Virus record (IMG/VR): IMGVR_UViG_3300038548_000082 | Span: 1-30,888 of that record | Origin: a virus | Taxonomy: Duplodnaviria; Heunggongvirae; Uroviricota; Caudoviricetes | DNA: 30,888 bases | Strand: one strand, 5' to 3' | Shown: piece after piece, positions 23,900 to 30,888 of the stretch | Numbering within the stretch: the first letter of the stretch is position 1 | Layout: every line of letters starts with the position of its first letter | The notes under the pieces: model-generated | Told to the model about the DNA's origin: nothing | Databases searched by the model: none | What the model saw: only the letters and a program-made list of their open reading frames with translations | Program-made: the position numbers and the translations under genes

Positions 23900-23934
23900 T
23901 GAGGAGTCTACTGAAAGGTAGCTCCTCTTTTTAT
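23900..23934 (+). terminator. Rho-independent terminator
   Basis: GAGGAG-TCTAC-TGAAAG-GTAG-CTCCTC followed by a T tract. Confidence 0.8.
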
Positions 23935-23946
23935 TTGAGAAAGGAC

Positions 23947-23974
23947 TTGACCCACTATCTGGTTCATGTATAAT
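23947..23974 (+). promoter_or_regulatory. Sigma70-type promoter for rIIA-rIIB
   Basis: TTGACC-16 nt-TATAAT, AACTTAAAC at 23981. Confidence 0.75.
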
Positions 23975-24005
23975 AGCTACAACTTAAACAGAACGGAGAA
24001 ATTAA

Positions 24006-26129
24006 ATGAAGCCTAACGTAGACTACGGACAGACGATTAGCTCAGGTAACATGATGACAGGTGAAGCTACAATTGAAATGACCCCTGCCATGTTCCAGAT
24101 CCTTTCATCACAGATATATACCGACAAAGTTCTAGCTGTTCTTCGAGAGGCATTGTGTAATGCAAGAGATGCACAACAGGATGTTGGTGAAGCTCGTCCT
24201 ATCGAAGTCCACTTACCAAGCCGTTTAGAACCATTCTTCCACATTAGAGATTTTGGTCCCGGCTTGTCAGAGAAACAAGTGATTGGTTATAACCGTGAAG
24301 TTACACAGTTCAACCCTGAGTCAGGTGAGAAAGAAGATGTACTTATTTTTGAACCGGGTCTGTACCTACGTTATGGCGCGTCTACTAAGACTGACTCTAA
24401 CGAATTCATTGGTGGTCTTGGTATTGGTTGTAAGTCTCCATTGGCTTACTCTGACAGTTTCATCGTAGAAGCTTATCAGGAAGGCGTCTGTAAGACCTAC
24501 AGCGTGTACAAGGAGAATGGTAAGCCTCAGGTATCCAAGTTGACAGAGACTATGACTACGGAGCCTAATGGCCTTATGGTTAAGCTGGCTGTTAAATATG
24601 GTGATAACAATGAGTTTGCTGACAAGACTGCAAAGTTCTTAAAGTTCTTCGGTTATCCTGTTGAAGTCAAGGGTGCTCGTAACGGTAATTCTTTTGAAAC
24701 ACCTACACCGATCTTGGAAACAAAGCTGTATAGTACCTATAATGCTGACTGGTCACAACGGAGTGAAGTCTCTGTACTGATGGGTGGTGTTGTTTACGGA
24801 TTGACAGACCAGTACAAGCAAAAGTTATCGCAGATTGTTAACAAGGACTATATGTTGATGAACTTTGGTATTGGTGAGCTAACAGTAGCTGCCTCTCGTG
24901 AAGGTTTGTCAGAAGATCCACAAACTGTAGCTGCAATTGAAGCACGTATTAAGACAGTGACAGAAACTTTCTATGAAGATATTGTTACACAGGTTGATGT
25001 ATGTGATACCGAAGTTGCAGCTTTCCGATTACTTAAAAAGTACAATCTCATCGGATATAAATACTCATCTGGTGGTGGTACTAGTTTTAAGGTAAAGAAC
25101 GCAGCAGAAGCTTTAGTTATCCGTGGGGGTAAAACCATTGAAGATTTCCTAGATCAGTTTGAGGGGAAGTATCGCGCAATCCAAACTAATTACGATACTC
25201 GATATGACATCTTGGAGCTTGGTGGTGAGAAGGATCTTATCCTACTGGACGTTGATAAAAAGACTGGATATGTAAAAGTTGCACGTAAGCTTGCAGCTAG
25301 TGGTCACACTGTGGTACTGTTAGAACATACTCACGAGAAGCCAAAGTTAGAAGCTTTCTTTGGTAAACTGGAAGTTAAGAAAGTTAGTGTGGAATATCCT
25401 ATCATGTTTCCTAAAGGACAGCGTGATGCTAATACCGTTCGTGTAGCTTCTTCTGGCTTACGTACTCACCTTGGGACTGAGGTTAGCACGTTAGAGAAAG
25501 ATCAAGAGGGCTATTACATCCCGTATATTCGTAATACGTGTGAGCTACAGGGGCTTTCTAAGCTGGGCTTAAATGATGATGACTTTGCGGTACGTAAGCT
25601 TCTTGCCAACTTAGTTGAAGGTGGTGTATTCACTGATGATGAGGTTTATCTCTCACGTAGGGCAGGTATGCCAGCCATTAAGAAAACTAAGTTAAAACCG
25701 TTGACAGCTGACCTTATCATTGATAAGATTAAGGCTGAAGTTACTCAAGAGGACATGGACGTTGTTGTGCAATACCAAGGGGAAGCAAGTTCTAGAATTT
25801 TTGACCGTAAGTTTGATCGCTTATGGGATTCAATTAAAGCGCGTTACCCCTTGCATGAGAAAGTTGGTCGTGGTAACATAGAGTTTAAGGGGCGAGTTTT
25901 GCTTCGTAAGCTTCCTTACCGTATGGCTGAGAAAGTTATTCCAGAGTATGAAACGCTTATTAACGATGTAACCGAGGCTTATGCAACGGAGGGAGCCTTA
26001 ATCCGAAAGGAAAATAGCTTAGCTCTATCAATCTCAACGTGGAGTATTGACGAAGCTATGGTAGATGAAATGATCGCGTTCTCTCAGTTTAAGAGAGATC
26101 AATCTAAAAATGAAAAGAAAGGAGTTTAA
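24006..26129 (+). CDS. rIIA: rIIA-like protein (GHKL/HATPase N-terminus)
   Basis: LSSQIYTDK..LREALCNARDA, RDFGPGLS, STK...IGGLGIGCKSPLAYSDSF; adjacent to rIIB. Confidence 0.9.
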   Translation: MKPNVDYGQTISSGNMMTGEATIEMTPAMFQILSSQIYTDKVLAVLREALCNARDAQQDVGEARPIEVHLPSRLEPFFHIRDFGPGLSEKQVIGYNREVTQFNPESGEKEDVLIFEPGLYLRYGASTKTDSNEFIGGLGIGCKSPLAYSDSFIVEAYQEGVCKTYSVYKENGKPQVSKLTETMTTEPNGLMVKLAVKYGDNNEFADKTAKFLKFFGYPVEVKGARNGNSFETPTPILETKLYSTYNADWSQRSEVSVLMGGVVYGLTDQYKQKLSQIVNKDYMLMNFGIGELTVAASREGLSEDPQTVAAIEARIKTVTETFYEDIVTQVDVCDTEVAAFRLLKKYNLIGYKYSSGGGTSFKVKNAAEALVIRGGKTIEDFLDQFEGKYRAIQTNYDTRYDILELGGEKDLILLDVDKKTGYVKVARKLAASGHTVVLLEHTHEKPKLEAFFGKLEVKKVSVEYPIMFPKGQRDANTVRVASSGLRTHLGTEVSTLEKDQEGYYIPYIRNTCELQGLSKLGLNDDDFAVRKLLANLVEGGVFTDDEVYLSRRAGMPAIKKTKLKPLTADLIIDKIKAEVTQEDMDVVVQYQGEASSRIFDRKFDRLWDSIKARYPLHEKVGRGNIEFKGRVLLRKLPYRMAEKVIPEYETLINDVTEAYATEGALIRKENSLALSISTWSIDEAMVDEMIAFSQFKRDQSKNEKKGV

Positions 26130-26131
26130 CT

Positions 26132-27406
26132 ATGAGTTTTGAAATTAATGATACTGTTCGGGTAGTCAGTCTTGTAGAGTCTAAGTACTCGGTTATAGGC
26201 GTCCACCCTACGATGTTGATACTTGCAAACAGTCAAGCAGAAGGTGAGGTCATCGAAATAAGTTCTGGTCTCGGCGGTATTAACATTGACTTTGGATCTA
26301 TTACATTCTGGTTCCACATCGATGATGTAGAGTTGGTAGAGCTGGAAGATGTATCCTTGGATGACTTTGCAGCTGATCCTGTATTGCCAGTACCTTTGGA
26401 TTTTGAGGATATCGAAGAAGGGGATCAGGTTCAATTACTTGATCCAACATGTTACCCAGACACAGTGGAGAGTTGTACCCCGTTCTCACTCAGTGATGTG
26501 ACTGCAACAGATACTTTTGATATTGAAGACCTCGATGCCGGTGATGAGTCAGTTCAGGTAGAAGACGAGGAGGGTAACTCTTGCTGGGTTTATGCAAAGG
26601 ATTTGACCTCTGCTGAAATTAATATCTCAGAGACAGAAGTAGAGGGCAAAGAACCCTACGTTGAAGATCCTACTGAAGAACTTGATGATGTAACATTCAT
26701 TATCACTAACGATTCTGTTACCTTGTCAATTGATGGCAAAACAGATGTAGTTGCAATCGGTAGTCCTAACTTTGCAGAAATTCAACAAGCTGTAATGGCT
26801 GGTGATTACAAAACCGCGCACGGTCTGATGAACACCGCTATTGGTATTGAACGTTGGGGTAATGGTTCCTTACAGATTGATTCTGGTGTGGTAACTTATC
26901 ACAGTATGCCTCTGACAGGTAAACTTGTTGATCGAGTTATTGATATGATGGCACAGGGTGATGAGACCTTTAAACGTTTCGCTAACTTCCTGAACCTGAC
27001 TATGGAACAGGAATCATACACTACTCGTGCTCGTTTGATGGACTTTGCAGCTAATGGTAAGTTGGACCTAACCGAGGAAGGTTATGTAGTTGCGTTTAAA
27101 AATGTCAGTGACAACTTCTTTGACAGACGTTCAGGGTTATTTGATAATAACGTAGGTAACACTTTGTCTATGCGGCGATCAGATGTTGATGACGACCACG
27201 AGCACCAATGTTCAAATGGTTTGCATGTATGCTCACCTACGTACCTGAAGGAGTGTTGGGGTACAGCAGGTCGCACTATGCGGGTGGTAGTAGAACCAAG
27301 GGACTTTGTAGCCATTCCGTATGATTATGCGGATTCGAAAGCAAGGGTTTGCCGCTATACTGTTGTAGAGGACGTAACCGATCAACTGGAGAAGTATTTG
27401 AATTAA
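26132..27406 (+). CDS. rIIB: rIIB-like protein with acidic N-terminal extension
   Basis: C-terminal AFKNV...DNNVG...MRRSDVDDD..HQCSNGLHVCS..YL...VVVEPRDFVAIP.DY...KARVCRY. Confidence 0.88.
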   Translation: MSFEINDTVRVVSLVESKYSVIGVHPTMLILANSQAEGEVIEISSGLGGINIDFGSITFWFHIDDVELVELEDVSLDDFAADPVLPVPLDFEDIEEGDQVQLLDPTCYPDTVESCTPFSLSDVTATDTFDIEDLDAGDESVQVEDEEGNSCWVYAKDLTSAEINISETEVEGKEPYVEDPTEELDDVTFIITNDSVTLSIDGKTDVVAIGSPNFAEIQQAVMAGDYKTAHGLMNTAIGIERWGNGSLQIDSGVVTYHSMPLTGKLVDRVIDMMAQGDETFKRFANFLNLTMEQESYTTRARLMDFAANGKLDLTEEGYVVAFKNVSDNFFDRRSGLFDNNVGNTLSMRRSDVDDDHEHQCSNGLHVCSPTYLKECWGTAGRTMRVVVEPRDFVAIPYDYADSKARVCRYTVVEDVTDQLEKYLN

Positions 27407-27415
27407 AGTTTGATT

Positions 27416-27436
27416 TTGGTACTGTTACGTACCTTT
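27416..27436 (+). terminator. Possible weak terminator after rIIB
   Basis: GGTAC-TGTTAC-GTACC followed by TTTT. Confidence 0.45.
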
Positions 27437-27450
27437 TACCCCTTTGTGTA

Positions 27451-27459
27451 TGATATACT
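27451..27459 (+). promoter_or_regulatory. Extended -10 promoter-like element upstream of the HNH gene
   Basis: TGATATACT; same 12-mer context (TATGATATACTA) as at 10219-10230. Confidence 0.5.
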
Positions 27460-27493
27460 AGTAAAAAATTAGGTGAATACACAAAGGTGAATT

Positions 27494-28027
27494 ATGAAAG
27501 TTTGTAGTAGTTGTAAGCAAGAGAAAGATAGAGACGAGTTCCATAAGAACAAAAGCGGTACGCTTGGGTTAGCTAGTAGGTGTAAGGGTTGTACAAAAGT
27601 TTACGCTAAAGAAAATAAAGAACGTATAGCCGCTAAGAATAAGGCGTGGAATGAAGCCAACAAAGCGCACGTACTTAGGTATAAACGGGAGCAGTACGCT
27701 GACCCAAATAGTAGGGTAAGGCAGTACTCTGAGGGGTATAAGAATACCCCGGCTGGCAGGCTATCAACGTACAAGACCTCCGCTAAGGCTGCTGGACGAG
27801 TCTTTGAGTTAACTCTAGAGGATATTAACACCCTCTGGCAAAAGCCCTGCACATACTGTGGGGAGATCGTTGACACAGTTGGGGTAGATAGGGTAGACTC
27901 CACTAAAGGGTACACCCTTGATAACGTTACTTCATGTTGCACCACATGCAATTTGATGAAACGACACCATACCGTTGATGATTTTAAAAATCATATTATT
28001 AAACTTTATCAACATTTAACAAACTAA
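27494..28027 (+). CDS. Free-standing HNH-like endonuclease
   Basis: N-terminal CSSC...RCKGC zinc ribbon; C-terminal CTYCG...VDRVDSTKGYTLDNVTSCCTTCNLMK. Confidence 0.85.
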   Translation: MKVCSSCKQEKDRDEFHKNKSGTLGLASRCKGCTKVYAKENKERIAAKNKAWNEANKAHVLRYKREQYADPNSRVRQYSEGYKNTPAGRLSTYKTSAKAAGRVFELTLEDINTLWQKPCTYCGEIVDTVGVDRVDSTKGYTLDNVTSCCTTCNLMKRHHTVDDFKNHIIKLYQHLTN

Positions 28028-28039
28028 GGAGGAAAGAAA

Positions 28040-28273
28040 ATGAACGGTTTCTTTAATTTACTGTGCTTGTGTTTTTCAGGAGTTATTGCAAGTGCTCTGT
28101 CCATTCCCTTGCTAAAAGGGTTGTTTGGAGTGACACTAACCATAACAGGGACGGGTTTGATAGGTGGTATGTACTTATACATGCTAGCTAGTATACTTGT
28201 CCTCACTGGGCTTTGGCTTATCTACTGGGGTCTTATCCTGCTGATGTGTGCTATAGGAGCAAAGATAAAATAA
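28040..28273 (+). CDS. Hypothetical membrane protein
   Basis: 77 aa, almost entirely hydrophobic, AGGAGG RBS. Confidence 0.7.
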   Translation: MNGFFNLLCLCFSGVIASALSIPLLKGLFGVTLTITGTGLIGGMYLYMLASILVLTGLWLIYWGLILLMCAIGAKIK

Positions 28274-28287
28274 CTTAGACTTTTCCT

Positions 28288-28322
28288 AAAAAACCCCTTG
28301 CAATCGCTTGGGGTTTTTCTTT
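28288..28322. terminator. Possibly bidirectional terminator
   Basis: AAAAACCCC-loop-GGGGTTTTT. Confidence 0.7.
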
Positions 28323-28333
28323 GCATAAAAGGG

Positions 28334-28362
28334 TTGCAAAGTTCCCAACAAAGGCGTATCAT
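28334..28362 (+). promoter_or_regulatory. Sigma70-type promoter
   Basis: TTGCAA-17 nt-TATCAT. Confidence 0.65.
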
Positions 28363-28393
28363 TCCCTTAACGTTGACCTAGAGGAGAATACAA

Positions 28394-28555
28394 ATGGATG
28401 AGTTCGTGTATATTTGGTCTAATGGGGTCTACTGCTCTAAAGAACACTTAACTACTTTGGCAGGGCAGCATGGAGACTCGTATGAATCAGTACCAGCTGA
28501 TGAGTTCCATAATAAATCACTTGAACAATGGAAGAAGGAGTTATTCAATGTATAA
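28394..28555 (+). CDS. Small hypothetical protein (53 aa, not in the ORF track)
   Basis: GAGGAG RBS, MDEFVYIWSNG...ELFNV*, directly after the promoter. Confidence 0.65.
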   Translation: MDEFVYIWSNGVYCSKEHLTTLAGQHGDSYESVPADEFHNKSLEQWKKELFNV

Positions 28556-28892
28556 AGAAGCTATTAAACGTTATTTCAAAACTAATTGCAGCGATGAAGA
28601 GATTGCTCGTGCTCTGTTGGCGAGTTTCCCTGACGCTATGGTTGCTGTCCTAGACGAACTTGAAGGGGCCGATGAGGTTGCTAAAGTTACCAACTTATTC
28701 TCTCAGGATTTAGATCAGATAAAGCACTACGTTATCGTTGGTCAGATGGTAAACGCCATTAAGCTACACCGAGCTAATACGGGTCAAGGCTTGAAGGAAT
28801 CCAAAAATGATGTTGACAGACTTCGTTTATCTTTGTACAATGCAGGGGTATGCGTTATGAGTGGTAGTGGTACTTGGAAGCCAGTATCATGA
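28548..28892 (+). CDS. Protein with a C-terminal ribosomal L7/L12-CTD-like motif
   Basis: VNAIKLHRANTGQGLKESKNDVD vs L7/L12 [29 protein letters not shown] RBS, ATG 28548. Confidence 0.65.
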   Translation: MYKEAIKRYFKTNCSDEEIARALLASFPDAMVAVLDELEGADEVAKVTNLFSQDLDQIKHYVIVGQMVNAIKLHRANTGQGLKESKNDVDRLRLSLYNAGVCVMSGSGTWKPVS

Positions 28893-29116
28893 GTACTATG
28901 ACGCTTGAACAAGCGAAAGCTTTTATAAAAGAACGTCAAGCTAAACGCCGAGAGGAGTTAGGTGGTACTGACCTCAACGGTATAAACTCTGACATTGAAT
29001 GGTTGCGTAACAGGGGCTTCTATGTTACAGTTGACGGAACAAATCAGATCATCGGTAACGTGATGATGGATGGTAAAGGTAATCCAAACTTCAGCATAGT
29101 AGGGGAGGTAAAGTAA
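28889..29116 (+). CDS. Hypothetical protein
   Basis: Coupled ORF (ATGA overlap). Confidence 0.6.
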   Translation: MSTMTLEQAKAFIKERQAKRREELGGTDLNGINSDIEWLRNRGFYVTVDGTNQIIGNVMMDGKGNPNFSIVGEVK

Positions 29117-29613
29117 TGACACCAGTTTACACAGGACAACTTCATACCCAAGGTAGAATAGCAGCAGTGCTCATTGATATTGATGGTGTTCTGTGTAATG
29201 TTGATTGGGACTGTACCCCTGAAACATTCACTTGGCAAGAGTTCCAGAAACGTGATGTGGATCGTATTACCCTTTGGGAGGGAGTTATCTTGGCTAAGAT
29301 GTTTATCCAAGCCGGTCTACACCCTGTGTTCCTAACTGCTCGTAATGAAAACATGAGAGAGCAGACAGAGAAGTTTCTAGCTGATATCGGTATGCATGGT
29401 TGCTTGGTTATGACATCTTCTGGTGAGGGATCAGAAGTAGAAGGTTATGATTATCAGGAGGTACAAGCAGAATCAAAAGAAAAGGCATTGGAATCACTTG
29501 TAAATGAGTTCTGTTTCATATATGCTATTGATGATCAACAAGCGAACTGTGAAGTTTACCGCTCATTCGGTATTCCAGTTCTTAAAGCAATGTTTACGGA
29601 GGAAGCACCATAA
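29116..29613 (+). CDS. HAD-family phosphatase (PNKP 3'-phosphatase-like)
   Basis: IDIDGVL, FLTAR, K, AIDD HAD motifs. Confidence 0.8.
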   Translation: MTPVYTGQLHTQGRIAAVLIDIDGVLCNVDWDCTPETFTWQEFQKRDVDRITLWEGVILAKMFIQAGLHPVFLTARNENMREQTEKFLADIGMHGCLVMTSSGEGSEVEGYDYQEVQAESKEKALESLVNEFCFIYAIDDQQANCEVYRSFGIPVLKAMFTEEAP

Positions 29614-30515
29614 TGGATAAATTTAAACAGGTTATCACCCTAACCGTAGGTATCCCAGCATCAGGTAAGGATACTTGGGCGCGTGAAATGTGTGAAAAAT
29701 ACCCTGACAAGACTGTAGTCGTGAACCGTGACGTTATCCGAGCACGAGATTACACTAAAACAGGGTCAATTCACGATTACAAATATACACGTTCAAAAGA
29801 GCGTCAGATTACTGAGAAGCAACAACGCTATGCTTCCTTCGCGTTACAACAGGGTAAAAGTGTTATTGTGTCTGATACTAACCTTAATGCAGGAACTTGT
29901 GAGGGTTGGGCTGAGTTTGCCGCTAAGAATGATGTAGCTATCACTTACGAGGCATTCATCACACCTTTACACACTTGTATCAAGCGTAACGCTAAACGTG
30001 CTGATTATGTCCCTGAGAGCGTCCTAATCCGTATGGAGACAAAGATGCGGGGGCAATTGGGTAAGTATGTACACGATAAGAGTAACCCTAACAACCTTCC
30101 TGAGTGCGTTATCTTCGATATCGATGGTACGTTAGCTGATATGAAAGGTGTTCGTGGTCCTTTCGAGTGGGATAAGGTTGGTTCGGATAAGCCTCGTAGG
30201 TTTGTTTGCGAATACCTACAAGGTGTTTATGATGTAGGTGACAAGGTAATCATCTTCTCAGGAAGAGACTCTGTGTGCAGAGAGCAGACTGAATTGTGGC
30301 TTAAAGAGAGAGATCTTGGCTATGATGACCTGTTCATGCGCGCAGAAGGCTCAACAACTCCTGACACAATCGTTAAGGAAGAAATGTTTGACAAGCACAT
30401 CAAAGGCAAGTACCATGTATCTCATATTGTTGATGACCGTAAGGCTGTTTGCCAGATGTGGGAGTCAATGGGTTTCGACGTTATGAACGTTGGTGGTTTC
30501 TCAGCAGACTTTTAA
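29613..30515 (+). CDS. pseT: Polynucleotide 5'-kinase/3'-phosphatase
   Basis: GIPASGKDTW Walker A, NRDVIR, DTNLN, DIDGTLA, FSGR, VDDR. Confidence 0.93.
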   Translation: MDKFKQVITLTVGIPASGKDTWAREMCEKYPDKTVVVNRDVIRARDYTKTGSIHDYKYTRSKERQITEKQQRYASFALQQGKSVIVSDTNLNAGTCEGWAEFAAKNDVAITYEAFITPLHTCIKRNAKRADYVPESVLIRMETKMRGQLGKYVHDKSNPNNLPECVIFDIDGTLADMKGVRGPFEWDKVGSDKPRRFVCEYLQGVYDVGDKVIIFSGRDSVCREQTELWLKERDLGYDDLFMRAEGSTTPDTIVKEEMFDKHIKGKYHVSHIVDDRKAVCQMWESMGFDVMNVGGFSADF

Positions 30516-30525
30516 GGGGGAAGGT

Positions 30526-30798
30526 ATGTGTAAGGTAGTTAGTAACTCTAGAGTCACATTCTTTAATGGTCAGGTTAATGGGTATCAGGCAGGGGAATAC
30601 GTACAGATTCAGTACTGTTCTAACTGTGATTTTGGTGCAGACCCTTACTATTATATTAATAGGAGCCTTTGTCCTACTTGTGGGTCAAGTACACTAAGTA
30701 GAATTGCCAAGTGGGTTCCTAAAGAAGATACATCTCTTTGGAGAAAGTTAAGGGTTGGTGATCTAACCAGCGAAGATGGTAACTGGGTCTTAAAGTAA
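30526..30798 (+). CDS. Hypothetical zinc-ribbon protein
   Basis: CSNC...CPTCG; ATG 30526 after AAGGGGG. Confidence 0.65.
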   Translation: MCKVVSNSRVTFFNGQVNGYQAGEYVQIQYCSNCDFGADPYYYINRSLCPTCGSSTLSRIAKWVPKEDTSLWRKLRVGDLTSEDGNWVLK

Positions 30799-30816
30799 CC
30801 TTACAGGAGAATTAAT

Positions 30817-30888
30817 ATGATTAAGTGGATTGCTAAAAGATTGGTAGCGAAGGACATACGGGAACAATCTGACTTCCAAACTGCGATA
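30817..30888 (+). CDS. Hypothetical protein, 5' part (runs off the window)
   Basis: AGGAG RBS, MIKWIAKRLVAKDIREQ..., open to the window end. Confidence 0.55.
   Translation, partial: MIKWIAKRLVAKDIREQSDFQTAI

Noticed and set aside
1958-29354. Minus-strand and nested alternative-frame ORFs in the track
   Set aside because: All are shadows of longer motif-bearing + strand genes; none has a recognisable domain or its own promoter or RBS

Overview
Segment of a lytic dsDNA tailed-phage genome (T7-like primase-helicase and PolA, rIIA/rIIB, PNKP, Rnl2, tRNAs). All supportable genes are on the + strand. The host is probably a gammaproteobacterium, inferred from sigma70-type promoters and a gamma-type SspB homologue. 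Order: thyX (partial), thioredoxin, a class II ribonucleotide reductase split inside its catalytic NPCG|E motif by a group IA2 intron carrying an HNH gene, a ~270-nt structured non-coding element fused to tRNA-Arg/tRNA-Cys, YqeY, Rnl2, dNMP-kinase-like gene, primase-helicase, a three-promoter island ending in a ~660-nt promoter-to-terminator, ORF-poor, hairpin-dense RNA with an embedded tRNA-like module, a triple zinc-finger HNH, PolA with a non-canonical motif A, SSB, NUMOD4-HNH, exonuclease, RusA-like resolvase, phosphoesterase, SleB hydrolase, SspB homologue, macrodomain, a two-gene cassette, rIIA, rIIB, HNH, an L7/L12-CTD-like protein, HAD phosphatase and PNKP. The best candidates for undescribed biology are the two large structured RNAs, the phage SspB (ClpXP adaptor) and the regulatory architecture of the promoters and endonuclease genes. 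All assignments come from motif recognition and manual base-pair inspection; no database search or folding program was run.
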